A stretch of DNA of 63,770 nucleotides, filler included. It is 5 parts of 5 records of this genome, joined end to end, with 100 filler letters (N's around TTAATTAATTAA, not from the genome) between each part and the next. Parts side by side here need not be neighbours in the genome. Positions count along the whole stretch, not along the records: positions 28,671 to 45,126 come from SRR20825019_776; positions 45,227 to 57,939 come from SRR20825019_779; 3 more parts are not named here. One strand, 5' to 3'. Below, piece by piece: positions 44,221 through 54,599 of the stretch. Both the position numbers and the translations under genes were made by a program. The notes under the pieces were generated by a model that saw nothing but the letters and a program-made list of their open reading frames with translations, made no database searches and was not told where the DNA came from. How positions within the stretch are numbered: position 1 is the first letter of the stretch; every line of letters starts with the position of its first letter.

Positions 44221-45126
44221 GGCTGTGCCACGGGTACTCACAACTGAACACCAAGGGAGCAGTGGGTGAATGTTCTGATTGTGGTTGGTTAACGGAACTT
44301 CTGCAACGGCAACACTATGACATAAATATAAGGGCCGAGACGGCACCTCGACTGCCTCTCTCATCTCAACCACTCTAACTCTCCAAGGCGATCACTGTTA
44401 TAACAATGTCCTTGGTCATATAGAAATTGTGCCCGAGTGAAAGTAATATTTCTATTTCCCAAACCGTCCATAATGGGTCAGGTATGTGAACTAAGTGTGG
44501 TCAAAACCTTGTCATGAGACAGACAGTCCCATAACCGGTTGTTTGAGTTACTGGGCCGTATGCTGATTCTTCTACGGTAAAGGGTATGGGAGGTCATGTG
44601 AATGCAGTGCCGCCGCGCGATCCTATGAACTGGCCATTCCTGGTCTTTGCAGGGGGATTGGTAAGTTCGCCTCACTAATCCTATCCAAATCCTCATGTTT
44701 TCAGGCTAGGACACTTCACTGATCGATGCTTATCCCAGGTGGTTTCGGGTTATGCATTTTTTATCGTCAAGAAAGTGATGGAGGTTTGGCCCCACTTGTT
44801 TGTGCGCAACCAGCATGGGCCCTATGCTGATAGCACTCCCCGCGCCACTCCTCATGTTGGCGAAGATGGTGACTCCTTGACTGAAGATTGATTTACGGAC
44901 GGTGTACTTCTTATTGTTGCCACGGGCGTGGATGATCCGCAAGTGAAACTGGAAGCGCCTGAAGAAGTACGAGGACACCGAGGGCAAGCTCGAGAGCACA
45001 GGGGTCATTAAGGTCATTGCGAGCGTCCCCACCGACAACGAGCAGGCCATCCTTGAAATGCATCACGACCGGCCCCCGCCCTCACAGTCCATAAATTGCT
45101 GGTGTTGATCTGGTTGAGTTGGAGAA

Positions 45127-45226
45127 NNNNNNNNNNNNNNNNNNNNNNNNNNNNNNNNNNNNNNNNNNNNTTAATTAATTAANNNNNNNNNNNNNNNNNN
45201 NNNNNNNNNNNNNNNNNNNNNNNNNN
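45127..45226. other. Artificial contig linker
   Basis: N-run + TTAATTAATTAA + N-run. Confidence 0.98.
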
Positions 45227-45347
45227 TGCGGTGATGGCCGAAGGCATCGGCCATATTGTCGGCGATGGGCAGAACGCTTCGCCCGGCGTATATCTTTTGC
45301 CGCAAAAGGTCTGGGAACGGGCGTGCCCGGAAGTCTCTTAACCTGTA

Positions 45348-46130
45348 TCAGGTTATTGATCGGTTGGTATCGCTTGGATATAAAACCTCAACGCCTTCTG
45401 CTTCGATCAGCGCTGCAAACGCATCATCGGGCGGGCCATCCAGCACCAGAAGGTCGGCATCGCCGAGACGGCCGCGCTGGGCCGGGGCCGGGCGGTTGAA
45501 TTTTGTCCGATCGGCAACCAGAATGGACTTTCGGCAGCTTTTCCGAATGGCTTCGCGCGCCTGCGTTTCAGCCTGGTCGAAGTCGACAAGAACCCCATCC
45601 GGTTCAATCCCTGCCACGCCGTAAATACCGAAGTCGGCGCGGTAGCCGCAGAACATGGCTTCAACATCGTGCCCCAGCAGATCACGATCCGGCAGGCGCA
45701 CCATGCCGCCGGGGATAAAGATACGGTTGGAAGGGTTGCCGCTTAAAGCCATGGCGACATTCAGGTTGTTTGTCACCACAGTCAGATCATCATGGTCTGA
45801 AAGGGCGGCGGCCACCAGTTCTGGTGTGGTTCCGATGGAAAACATCAGCGAGGCCCGGTTTGGGATCAGACTTGCCACCAGCGCACCGATCTTTCGCTTG
45901 GCTTCCGGCCTTGCAAGCCTGCGAGTGTCGTAAGGCAGATTGATGCCTGCACTTGTCCGCTCAACGCCGCCATGGCTGCGCCGGAGTTGATTGGCACGGC
46001 ACAGGGCATTGACATCGCGACGGATGGTTTGTGGCGTTACACCGAAGTGTTCGGCAAGGCTCTCGATGGTTATCGAGCCCTGCTCGCCAACCATGGCGAT
46101 AATTTTCGTTTGACGTGGTGATGTGTTCAT
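45348..46130 (-). CDS. DeoR/GlpR-family transcriptional regulator
   Basis: LAEHFGVTPQTIRRD HTH, RSHGG, IGTTPE, VVTNNL, ADRTKF. Confidence 0.92.
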   Translation of the reverse strand: MNTSPRQTKIIAMVGEQGSITIESLAEHFGVTPQTIRRDVNALCRANQLRRSHGGVERTSAGINLPYDTRRLARPEAKRKIGALVASLIPNRASLMFSIGTTPELVAAALSDHDDLTVVTNNLNVAMALSGNPSNRIFIPGGMVRLPDRDLLGHDVEAMFCGYRADFGIYGVAGIEPDGVLVDFDQAETQAREAIRKSCRKSILVADRTKFNRPAPAQRGRLGDADLLVLDGPPDDAFAALIEAEGVEVLYPSDTNRSIT

Positions 46131-46361
46131 TTGAGCAGATAAAACCGGTTGATCGGCGGGACCGCGAAAGTCATGCCGGAGCATGACAGCGTTTTGAACA
46201 GGATGTGACGTATATGTGAAATGTGATGCGCACGCGAAAAAAACGGCTCGCTCAATATTCCGACAAGCGTGCGCGCATGTACATCTATAACCTTTGCCGT
46301 ATTGACAGGTGAACTGCAGGTTGAGATGGTTAATGTATTATTAATGATAGCGGGGCGGGCT

Positions 46362-47177
46362 ATGAAAACGATTCTTCTGGCGTCGACAGGCGCGGCATCG
46401 CTGGTTTTTCTGGCTGGTTGCGGAGGCGGTGACGGCAGCAACGGCTCGGCGTCGAATGCGATCGGCTACTATGCAGATACCAACTTTTACACCGACCGTT
46501 TTGACAGTTCTGGCCGCTCAAAGGCGAACCTTCGTATTAACGATGATGACAGTGTTACTGTGCGCGTTACAGATGGTGCCTATAATGGCGAGGAAACGAC
46601 ATTCTACTACGACTATTACAGCGATCAGTATGTTGCAGACCTTGATGACGGCGCGACGGCTTACATGATGCTCGACAGCTTTTCCGATCCTTCGATTAAC
46701 GGAGATGAGCCGGTCGTTGCGTTGATCGAAGTTGATGGCGGCGGCACGAACTCCACATTTGTCACGTATCGGGCAACCGAGGGCATGACGACCAACATGC
46801 CGCTTTCGGGAACTGCGCGCTATGAAGGCGATCATGTCGGCGTTGCGGCCATTCCCGGTGACGATGTTTACGACATTGCAGGAAGCTTTGCCGCAGATGT
46901 CAATTTTGGCAACGCCTCCATGACCGGCGCCATGGCCACCAGTCTCGGCAAGGTCACGTTTGATGGTTCGATTGATGGCCCGAATTTCAGTTCCAATGCT
47001 GGTTCAATCGCGGTCGATGGCAATAGCGGACTGATCAATCAGGGGGCATCCGGCGTTGATGGCGGGTTTTATGGTGACAATGCGAAAGGGATGGCCGGAA
47101 CCTACCTGCTGAATGGCGACAACGCATTTGAGGGCGTTGGCGCGGTCGGTAATTTCGTGGGCGAGAGAACGCGCTGA
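46362..47177 (+). CDS. Surface lipoprotein with C-terminal TbpB/HphA-like beta-barrel (T11SS cargo)
   Basis: Lipobox LAG|C followed by a GGGDGS tether. C-terminal MPLSGTARYEG...ADVNFG...GGFYGDNAKGMAGTY...GNFVGER pattern typical of TbpB-type barrels. Directly upstream of a Slam gene. Confidence 0.78.
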   Translation: MKTILLASTGAASLVFLAGCGGGDGSNGSASNAIGYYADTNFYTDRFDSSGRSKANLRINDDDSVTVRVTDGAYNGEETTFYYDYYSDQYVADLDDGATAYMMLDSFSDPSINGDEPVVALIEVDGGGTNSTFVTYRATEGMTTNMPLSGTARYEGDHVGVAAIPGDDVYDIAGSFAADVNFGNASMTGAMATSLGKVTFDGSIDGPNFSSNAGSIAVDGNSGLINQGASGVDGGFYGDNAKGMAGTYLLNGDNAFEGVGAVGNFVGERTR

Positions 47178-47302
47178 TCGTTTGCGTTTATGGTGTTGCG
47201 GTCGTTAACGATGACTGCGTCAAAGCTTGACAACAAAACATCCGGTTTGACACGACTGGCGGATAGTTTGTTGTCATTTTCCTCGTGCTTTTCGAGTTGC
47301 AT

Positions 47303-48613
47303 ATGTATTTCGTTGCCCTGAAAAGTGACCTTGTCAAAGTGCTCTGCTTTGCAGTGCTGATCATCGGGGTCCATACAACGTCTCCGGCTCTGGCCGCACC
47401 GAATCCATTTCCGCAGATCAAGATTCTGATTGAAAGCGGCCAGTATGAACAGGCCATGGTGCTCTCCGCACACCTGTCGAAAGATCCGAAGCTGTCGGCT
47501 CTTTCGCAGCAGTTTACACGTGCGCTGATTCTCAAGCGTGAAGGAAAGCTGAAAGAAGCCGCAGTTCTGATGCGTGACATTCTGGTGGAAGAACCAAACT
47601 TCTCGCGTGTGCGGCAGGAGCTGGCTCACACACTGTCGCTTATGGGGGAGAAAAAGGCCGCGATCTATCATTTCCAGATGCTTGCCGATAATGCGCCCAG
47701 CGAATCTCTTCGGTCGTTTTATGAAGACTTCGTTGACCGGGTGAACATCGAGCGGCCATGGACGTTCGGTGGCTATATTGCGATTGCACCAAGCACCAAT
47801 ATTTCAAATGCGACGGACCAGGAAATGATCCAGATTGGCGGCATTCCATTAAGGCCCGGCACCAAGGCAGAAAGCGGCGTCGGGCTGAATTATGGTGTTA
47901 ACGGTACATATTCATTTCAGTTGCAGGACGATCTTTCGCTCACCTTCGGCGGCTCTGTAACCGGCCTTGCCTATAAGGAGCGTACTTATAACCAATCCCA
48001 GTTCGGTGGTTTCTCGCAGCTTTCCTGGCGCATGGATCCATGGATTTTCAGCGGCGGCATGACAGCCGAGTATGTTCTGATGGGCAATGAGCCCTATCGC
48101 ACCGGCTTTGGCCCGGTGTTTTCGGTACGCCGCTCTTTCGGTGCCTTTGGTGTGACTTCAGCCAATGTTGCCTTTCAGTGGCTCGATTATACCGACATGA
48201 ATGCCTATGACGGCTACAGCACGGGCTTCAGTCTTAATCACCGCTATGCGCTGGACGCATCCAGCAGTGTGCGTTTTGGTGGCGGGTTCAATTATGTTCA
48301 TGCGGAAAAGGATCATAATTCTTATGCGGGCTATAATCTGAACGCCAAATATGCGCGCGAATGGTCCGGCGGTATTTTGACCGATATCGAGGTGGGTGGA
48401 ACTTTGCGCGATTACGTCGGCGTTTTTCCGCTGATGACCAAGCCACGTCTGGATCGCCGGATTGATGTGGCTGTAGGGGCAACTTTTCGGAATTTTGCCT
48501 ATAAGGGTTTTGCGCCGCGTCTGGAATATGCCTACGGGCAGAACTTCTCCAATGTCGATTTGTACGACTATAACAAAAGCACGTTCGCTGCGTTTTTGAC
48601 CAAGCAATTCTGA
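47303..48613 (+). CDS. Surface lipoprotein assembly modifier (Slam / DUF560, type XI secretion)
   Basis: Signal peptide (SPALA), TPR-like region ILVEEPNFSRVRQELA, IAPSTNISNA barrel start, amphipathic strands, NFSNVDLYDY and a terminal Phe. Start is uncertain. Confidence 0.85.
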   Translation: MYFVALKSDLVKVLCFAVLIIGVHTTSPALAAPNPFPQIKILIESGQYEQAMVLSAHLSKDPKLSALSQQFTRALILKREGKLKEAAVLMRDILVEEPNFSRVRQELAHTLSLMGEKKAAIYHFQMLADNAPSESLRSFYEDFVDRVNIERPWTFGGYIAIAPSTNISNATDQEMIQIGGIPLRPGTKAESGVGLNYGVNGTYSFQLQDDLSLTFGGSVTGLAYKERTYNQSQFGGFSQLSWRMDPWIFSGGMTAEYVLMGNEPYRTGFGPVFSVRRSFGAFGVTSANVAFQWLDYTDMNAYDGYSTGFSLNHRYALDASSSVRFGGGFNYVHAEKDHNSYAGYNLNAKYAREWSGGILTDIEVGGTLRDYVGVFPLMTKPRLDRRIDVAVGATFRNFAYKGFAPRLEYAYGQNFSNVDLYDYNKSTFAAFLTKQF

Positions 48614-49540
48614 TCAGCCGTGAAATTCCGGTGCGTCAAAACGTGTTCCAAGCATGAAAGCGTCCGCAACATGGGCGAGCGGAACCACGTCAACCGTGCT
48701 TTCGCCTGCTGCTATCAGTCTTTCAAAATCCCGGTAAAGCGCTTCATATTCGCGCTGCGGTGCGTCGATCAAACATCTACCGTCTATGAACAGACGCTCG
48801 CCGCCCTTATCCAGACGCAGGTTTCCGTGCTCCGTTTCGGCAATAAGCGCCTTGTCGTCTGGACCGGAATGATCCCAGTTGAAAACAGCATTCATTCGGG
48901 TGTCATCGGTGTAGATAAAATCAAGTTCTGCGGCGATGGGGGTAAGATGGTTTCGCGGCACATGGAGCCGCGCCGATGTTAAAGTGAATGTGTGCGGCAG
49001 AACTGCTGTTGCCAGAGCCAGCCCGTTGATGCCAGTGTCAAACACGCCCAGACCACCCGCTTGCCAGATCCATTGCTGGTCAGGGTGCCATATCCGGACA
49101 TCCTCGCTCCATGTCAGTTGAAGCTGATGAATTCGGGCGACCGCCAGATGAGCGCGTGCCATGTCGATGCCCGGAGCGTAGCGTGAGTGCCAGCTGGTAA
49201 ACAGGCTGACGCTGTTTTCAGCCGCAAGAACTTTCAACTGAGCAACTTCTCCGAGGGTCGCACCGGGCGGTTTCTCAAGAAGCACATGTTTGCCGGCGAC
49301 CAGAGCAGCCGCTGCAGTTTTGAAGCGACCATATGGCGGCAGGCATATAGATACCGCATCGAATGCAGGTCCATCGCGCAAAAGCGACGCAAAGTCACCA
49401 AAACAAGGTAGTCCATCGGGGCCTTCGCTGCGGCCGACAGCGGCTACAAGCGTAAAGGCGTCGTTTCCGGCAATGGCAGGAGCATGTTCTTCACGGGCGA
49501 TCTTGCCAAACCCGATGATCGCAATCTTCATTGCGCACAT
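48614..49540 (-). CDS. Gfo/Idh/MocA oxidoreductase, L-arabinose/D-galactose 1-dehydrogenase-like
   Basis: IIGFGKIA, LLEKPPG, SWHSRYAP, WSEDVRIWHP, GGLGVFDTGIN. Confidence 0.85.
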   Translation of the reverse strand: MCAMKIAIIGFGKIAREEHAPAIAGNDAFTLVAAVGRSEGPDGLPCFGDFASLLRDGPAFDAVSICLPPYGRFKTAAAALVAGKHVLLEKPPGATLGEVAQLKVLAAENSVSLFTSWHSRYAPGIDMARAHLAVARIHQLQLTWSEDVRIWHPDQQWIWQAGGLGVFDTGINGLALATAVLPHTFTLTSARLHVPRNHLTPIAAELDFIYTDDTRMNAVFNWDHSGPDDKALIAETEHGNLRLDKGGERLFIDGRCLIDAPQREYEALYRDFERLIAAGESTVDVVPLAHVADAFMLGTRFDAPEFHG

Positions 49541-49682
49541 GTGAACTCCCGATGGATATATGATGCCTGGCCGGAAAGGCGAAACAGCTTACTCGTTATC
49601 TCTCAAACAAGCTCTTGAAAAGAGACTTTTAAAGGTATCCTTGATAGCTGTCACGGTTCAGGCGGGTGTTCCGGTTTTGGGG

Positions 49683-50669
49683 TCACTCGGTTTCTCCCCT
49701 TTGTGTTCTTAACTCGTCCTCGATCAATGCCAGGACACGCATGACCGGCGGTGGTTGAACAACAGACGTGCGTTGTATGATCGAATAGGGGCTGACGTCG
49801 ATGCTTTCACGCACCGGCAATTTGCAGATGTTGGCACCCAGCGCGCCTCCCTTGTGCAGAAAGTCGGCCACAGGTCTTGCCATCGGGGTCACTGCGTCGG
49901 TTTCGCTGATGATCGATAGCGCTAGCAGTGGTGACGATGTGACGAATACATGCTCGGGCAGTGTGAAGCGATTGGCCAGCAGATGTGCTTCGATCGACCG
50001 TCGCATGGGGGTGCCTACCGGTTGCAGGATCCAGTCATAGGCGAGGCATTCGCCAATCGAAATCGATTCCTTTTTCCCGAGCGGGTGATCAAGGCGGGCA
50101 ACCATGGTGATGGGCTCGACACCTATCGGGCTCATGGTCACCGATTTGGCGTCCATTTCTTCTGGCAAACGACCGATGTAAAAGTCGAGATCATAGGAAA
50201 ACAATGCCTCAGCCAGCTTGTCGGATGTGTCGACCAGAACAGAAATTTCGATTCCCGGGTAGCCCTCACGCAATTGCCGGATAACCGGCATGACGAGATC
50301 AAGTGAAGGGCCGGTAACGGCGCCTACGCGCACAAGCCCGCGTGCACCTTCCACAATCTGCGACAGTTCTTCGTGAGCACCATCCAGCTGGTTGAGCAAA
50401 ATCAACGCCTGGCGCGCCATGGCTTGTCCGGCCTCTGTCAGAATCACGCCGCGACCGTGACGCTCATAAAGTTTGGCACCAATGGTGTGTTCGAGCTCTG
50501 ACAGCAACCTTGAAGCCGCAGACTGGGTCATGCCCAGCTGCGCCGCGGCAGATGAAATTTGGCCCTTTCTGTCCAGAAGGGAGATAAGCCGGAGTTGCGA
50601 AAACCTCAGGCCGCGCCGGATATACTCATCCTGGCGGGGGCGTTCATTGCGCTTTTTCAGATCATTCAT
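49683..50669 (-). CDS. LysR-family regulator (GbpR-like)
   Basis: SSAAAQLGMTQSAASRLLSELE HTH and LYERHGRGVILT. Divergent from the sugar ABC operon. Confidence 0.9.
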   Translation of the reverse strand: MNDLKKRNERPRQDEYIRRGLRFSQLRLISLLDRKGQISSAAAQLGMTQSAASRLLSELEHTIGAKLYERHGRGVILTEAGQAMARQALILLNQLDGAHEELSQIVEGARGLVRVGAVTGPSLDLVMPVIRQLREGYPGIEISVLVDTSDKLAEALFSYDLDFYIGRLPEEMDAKSVTMSPIGVEPITMVARLDHPLGKKESISIGECLAYDWILQPVGTPMRRSIEAHLLANRFTLPEHVFVTSSPLLALSIISETDAVTPMARPVADFLHKGGALGANICKLPVRESIDVSPYSIIQRTSVVQPPPVMRVLALIEDELRTQRGETE

Positions 50670-51011
50670 ACCAATTCTGCTATATCAGGAAAACGATTAT
50701 TCATTTGTCCACTTAAGCCATAATTGCGAGACTTTGGTCGTCGGAAGGACGCTCCTCGTGTCAGTTTGGCCCGTTCCACGCGGCGCCGCAAGAGCACAAT
50801 GCGCGTCAAACCTGCACAGGAGGAATGTCGCAGGTTGTCTCCGGGGGGAGACTTCGGACAATTCGAGGTCGTACCGTTCCACCGCCGTTTCGTCGTGCGG
50901 GGATCGTCTGACCATTGGGGAGACCGGCGCTTTTAGAAGAGCGGCCGGAAAACGATGGCGGTTGGCCAGATGGCTGGCACCGCTCGCGTTTGAAACAGGA
51001 GGAAATGTTTC

Positions 51012-51959
51012 ATGAAAGCTTTACTCGCCGCAACAGTCGCAACCCTGGCATTTGCCGCGGCCGCTTCGGCTCAGACCGTTGGTTTTTCGCAGATCGGTTC
51101 TGAATCAGGCTGGCGCGCAGCCGAAACGACGCTGACCAAACAGCAGGCGGAAGAACGCGGCATTGATCTGAAATTCTCAGACGCACAGCAAAAACAGGAA
51201 AATCAGATTGCGGCCATTCGTGCGTTTGTTGCACAGGGCGTTGATGCGATCCTGCTTGCACCTGTTGTTGCAACCGGTTGGGACAGTGCTCTTGAAGAAG
51301 CCAAGGATGCGGAAATCCCGGTCGTTCTGCTCGACCGTCAGGTTGATGCGCCGGATGATCTCTATCTGACCGCTGTCGGTTCCAATCTTGTGCATGAAGG
51401 TGAAGTGGCTGGTCAGTGGCTGGTTGAAACGGTGGGCAGTGAGCCTTGCCGTGTCGTCGAGCTTCAGGGCACAACAGGCTCTTCACCGGCGATTGACCGT
51501 GCTACCGGCTTCCGCAACGCGCTGAAAGGACACGACAACGTCGAAATCGTGCGCAGCCAGACCGGTGACTTCACTCGCTCTCAGGGCAAGGAAGTCATGG
51601 AAAGCTTCCTGCAGGCTGAAAATGGCGGTGCTGATATCTGCGCACTCTATGCACATAATGACGACATGGCCGTCGGTGCCATCCAGGCAATCAAGGAAGC
51701 CGGTCTCAACCCCGGTGACGATATCCTGATCGTCGCGATTGACGCTGTGCCGGATTACTTCAAGGCCATGGCCGAAGGCGATGCCAATGCCACTGTGGAA
51801 CTGACACCGAACATGGCGGGGCCGGCCTTTGATGCGCTGGAAGCTTATTGGGCCGATGGCACCATGCCTCCGAAGTTCATCCAGACGGAATCAACGCTCT
51901 ATACCCAGGCCGATGATCCTGAAGGTGAATTCGAACGCCGCAAGAGCCTTGGTTACTAA
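51012..51959 (+). CDS. ytfQ: Galactofuranose/arabinose ABC transporter substrate-binding protein
   Basis: TVGFSQIGSESGWRAAET, DAQQKQENQI, VELTPNMAGPAFD, KSLGY. Confidence 0.9.
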   Translation: MKALLAATVATLAFAAAASAQTVGFSQIGSESGWRAAETTLTKQQAEERGIDLKFSDAQQKQENQIAAIRAFVAQGVDAILLAPVVATGWDSALEEAKDAEIPVVLLDRQVDAPDDLYLTAVGSNLVHEGEVAGQWLVETVGSEPCRVVELQGTTGSSPAIDRATGFRNALKGHDNVEIVRSQTGDFTRSQGKEVMESFLQAENGGADICALYAHNDDMAVGAIQAIKEAGLNPGDDILIVAIDAVPDYFKAMAEGDANATVELTPNMAGPAFDALEAYWADGTMPPKFIQTESTLYTQADDPEGEFERRKSLGY

Positions 51960-51975
51960 GTAAAACCTCCCGGAA

Positions 51976-52003
51976 GCGGCCGGGGCTTTCACGCCCCGGC
52001 CGC
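51976..52003 (+). terminator. Intercistronic stem-loop after ytfQ
   Basis: Perfect 11-bp stem GCGGCCGGGGC / GCCCCGGCCGC with a 6-nt loop and no U-tract. More likely an mRNA-stabilising or attenuating hairpin than a full terminator. Confidence 0.6.
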
Positions 52004-52053
52004 ATCGACCAAACCGCATACGCGCCGAAGGATTGCGCCAGGGTGTCCTGAAA

Positions 52054-53574
52054 ATGCTTCTCACCATTCAAAATCTCACTAAAACCTTCGTTGGTATGAA
52101 AGCGCTCGACTGTGTCGATTTCGAGCTGGCAAGCGGTGAAGTTCACGCGCTGCTTGGCGAAAACGGCGCGGGCAAGTCAACGCTGATCAAGTGTCTGACC
52201 GGCGCCTATACCCGCGACGAAGGCACGATCACGCTTGAAGGCCGGCAGATTTCACCGCGTTCGACATCGGAAGCGCAGGATCTCGGGATCGGAACTGTCT
52301 ACCAGGAGGTAAACCTCCTCCCCAATCTGACGGTCGCGCAGAACCTGACCTTCGGTCGTGAAAAACGTCGTTTCGGCGTGATTGACGCCCGCGCTCAAAG
52401 GCGCGATGCCGAAGCGATGCTGGAAGGCTATGGCCTTGATATTGATGTTTCCCGCGATCTCGGCTCCTATTCCGTTGCTATCCAGCAGATCATTGCGATT
52501 GCTCGGGCCGTTGCATTATCCGGCAAGGTGCTGATCCTTGATGAGCCAACCGCGAGCCTGGATACACGCGAGGTGGAGATGCTGTTCGATGTTGTGCGGA
52601 AGTTGCGCGACAAAGGGCTTGGCATTGTCTTTGTCTCACACTTTCTTGATCAGGTCTTCGAAATCACCGACCGGCTGACAGTGCTGCGCAATGGTTGCAA
52701 GATCACCACAGAAGTGACCGCGGATCTCGATCGTGTGAAGTTGATCGAGCACATGCTCGGGCGTGCGCTGGATGAGGAAGAGGAAGCAGGTGCACGTCGC
52801 ACGACAGAAGGTCGTGTCGGCAAGGAGCCTCTGCTTCATTTCGATGGCGTTGGCCGCAAAAGTTTTGTCGAGCCGTTTGATCTTGAGGTTCACAAGGGGG
52901 AAGTCGTTGGGCTTGCCGGTCTGCTCGGCTCAGGCCGAACGGAAACGGCAGAACTTATTTTCGGCGTGCATACTGCTCAGTCAGGCAAGATTTCCGATGC
53001 CAGCGGACCTTTGAAAATCGGCAGCCCGCGCGACGCGATTACCGCCGGCTTCGGTTTCGCACCGGAGGACCGCAAGACAGAGGGTATCATTGCCGACCTG
53101 TCAATCCGTGAAAACATTGTGCTTGCCCTTCAGGCCCGGCGTGGCTGGGCGCGGCCTATACCGCGTGCCGAACAGGACCGGCTGGCCGCTGATTATATCA
53201 AGAAGCTCGATATCAGAACGTCCAGTCCGGAAAAGGCTGTCGGCGAGCTTTCCGGTGGCAACCAGCAGAAAGTGGTTCTGGCACGCTGGCTGGTGATGAA
53301 CCCGCGTTTTCTCATTCTTGATGAACCGACGCGCGGTATCGATGTCGGGGCCCACGCGGAAATTCTGCATCTTGTCCGTGACATTACCACCGAGGGCATG
53401 TCGATCCTTATTATTTCATCTGAGCTGGACGAGCTGATTGCTGTTTCCGACCGTGTGATTGTTGTCCGGGACCGTCGCCATGTTGCTGAGCTGACAGGTT
53501 CGGACATCGCGTCTGAAAATATCGTCAAGGCGATTGCCAGCTCCGAAAAGAAAAACAAAGAGGAGGCGGCCTGA
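52054..53574 (+). CDS. ytfR: Sugar ABC transporter ATP-binding protein (two domains)
   Basis: GENGAGKST, ILDEPT twice, LSGGNQQK. Confidence 0.9.
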   Translation: MLLTIQNLTKTFVGMKALDCVDFELASGEVHALLGENGAGKSTLIKCLTGAYTRDEGTITLEGRQISPRSTSEAQDLGIGTVYQEVNLLPNLTVAQNLTFGREKRRFGVIDARAQRRDAEAMLEGYGLDIDVSRDLGSYSVAIQQIIAIARAVALSGKVLILDEPTASLDTREVEMLFDVVRKLRDKGLGIVFVSHFLDQVFEITDRLTVLRNGCKITTEVTADLDRVKLIEHMLGRALDEEEEAGARRTTEGRVGKEPLLHFDGVGRKSFVEPFDLEVHKGEVVGLAGLLGSGRTETAELIFGVHTAQSGKISDASGPLKIGSPRDAITAGFGFAPEDRKTEGIIADLSIRENIVLALQARRGWARPIPRAEQDRLAADYIKKLDIRTSSPEKAVGELSGGNQQKVVLARWLVMNPRFLILDEPTRGIDVGAHAEILHLVRDITTEGMSILIISSELDELIAVSDRVIVVRDRRHVAELTGSDIASENIVKAIASSEKKNKEEAA

Positions 53575-54599
53575 TGCCCGGAGGACTGAAACGGGTTATC
53601 CCGCAACTGATCACGCTTGCCGTGCTGGTGGCACTGGTCAGCGTATTTTTCCCGAGCTTTCTGCAGATCGATTATTCAAACGGGCGCTTTGTCGGCCCTG
53701 TGATTGATGTGCTGAAACGCGGTGCGCCGGTCGCGCTTCTGGCCATTGGCATGACACTCGTTGTCGCAACAAAGGGCATTGACCTTTCGGTCGGTACGGT
53801 GATTGCCATTACCGGCGCCGTTGCTGCTGCCACCATTGCCGCCGGTTACGGCATGTTCACCGCCATCTTCATGGCGCTTGCCGCCGGTTTGGCCGCAGGG
53901 CTTTTCAACGGTGTTCTTGTTGCCTTCATCGGCATTCAGCCGATTGTGGCGACACTGATCCTGATGATCTCCGGTCGTGGTATTGCCCAGTTGATCACCG
54001 AAGGCCGTATTCTGACCTTCAACCTGCCCGGCTTTGCCTTTCTTGGCTCGGGGGATGTTCTTGGTATCCCGGTTCCCACATGGATCTGGATCATCACGGC
54101 CGCTCTTGTCATTCTCATCATGCGGCGCACGGCGCTGGGCATGTTGGTCGAATCCATCGGCATTAATCGCCGTGCCAGCGCCCTTGCCGGTATCAATGCC
54201 CGGGTGCTGATGATTGCGGTTTATATGGCTTCCGGCCTTTGCGCGGCGCTGGCGGGCATCATCATCACCGCCGATATTCGCGGCGCTGATGCCAACAATG
54301 CGGGCCTTTGGCTCGAACTTGATGCGGTTCTGGCAACCGTCATCGGCGGCAATTCACTGATGGGAGGCAGGTTCTCGATCTCCGCTTCGGTGATTGGTGC
54401 GCTGATCATTCAGACGATCGATACGGGTATCCTGCTGGCAGGCTTCCCATCGGAGTATAACCTCGTCATCAAGGCGACACTTGTCGTCATCATCCTCGTC
54501 CTGCAATCGCCCAATGTCACCGGTGATCTTAAGTACCTGAAACAGGGTCTGTTCGGCAGCAAATCGGGCGACGCCAAGCTGCGGGAGGCAAGCAAATGA
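53574..54599 (+). CDS. ytfT: Sugar ABC transporter permease
   Basis: GIDLSVG, ADANNAGLWLELDA. Confidence 0.88.
   Translation: MPGGLKRVIPQLITLAVLVALVSVFFPSFLQIDYSNGRFVGPVIDVLKRGAPVALLAIGMTLVVATKGIDLSVGTVIAITGAVAAATIAAGYGMFTAIFMALAAGLAAGLFNGVLVAFIGIQPIVATLILMISGRGIAQLITEGRILTFNLPGFAFLGSGDVLGIPVPTWIWIITAALVILIMRRTALGMLVESIGINRRASALAGINARVLMIAVYMASGLCAALAGIIITADIRGADANNAGLWLELDAVLATVIGGNSLMGGRFSISASVIGALIIQTIDTGILLAGFPSEYNLVIKATLVVIILVLQSPNVTGDLKYLKQGLFGSKSGDAKLREASK

Noticed and set aside
45227..45341. 3' end of a + strand CDS (AVMAEGIGHIVGDGQ...PEVS*)
   Set aside because: Plausible but too short to support or assign.
46325..46352. AT-rich stretch upstream of the lipoprotein as a Fur/Irr box
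   Set aside because: It does not convincingly match the Fur or Irr consensus palindromes.
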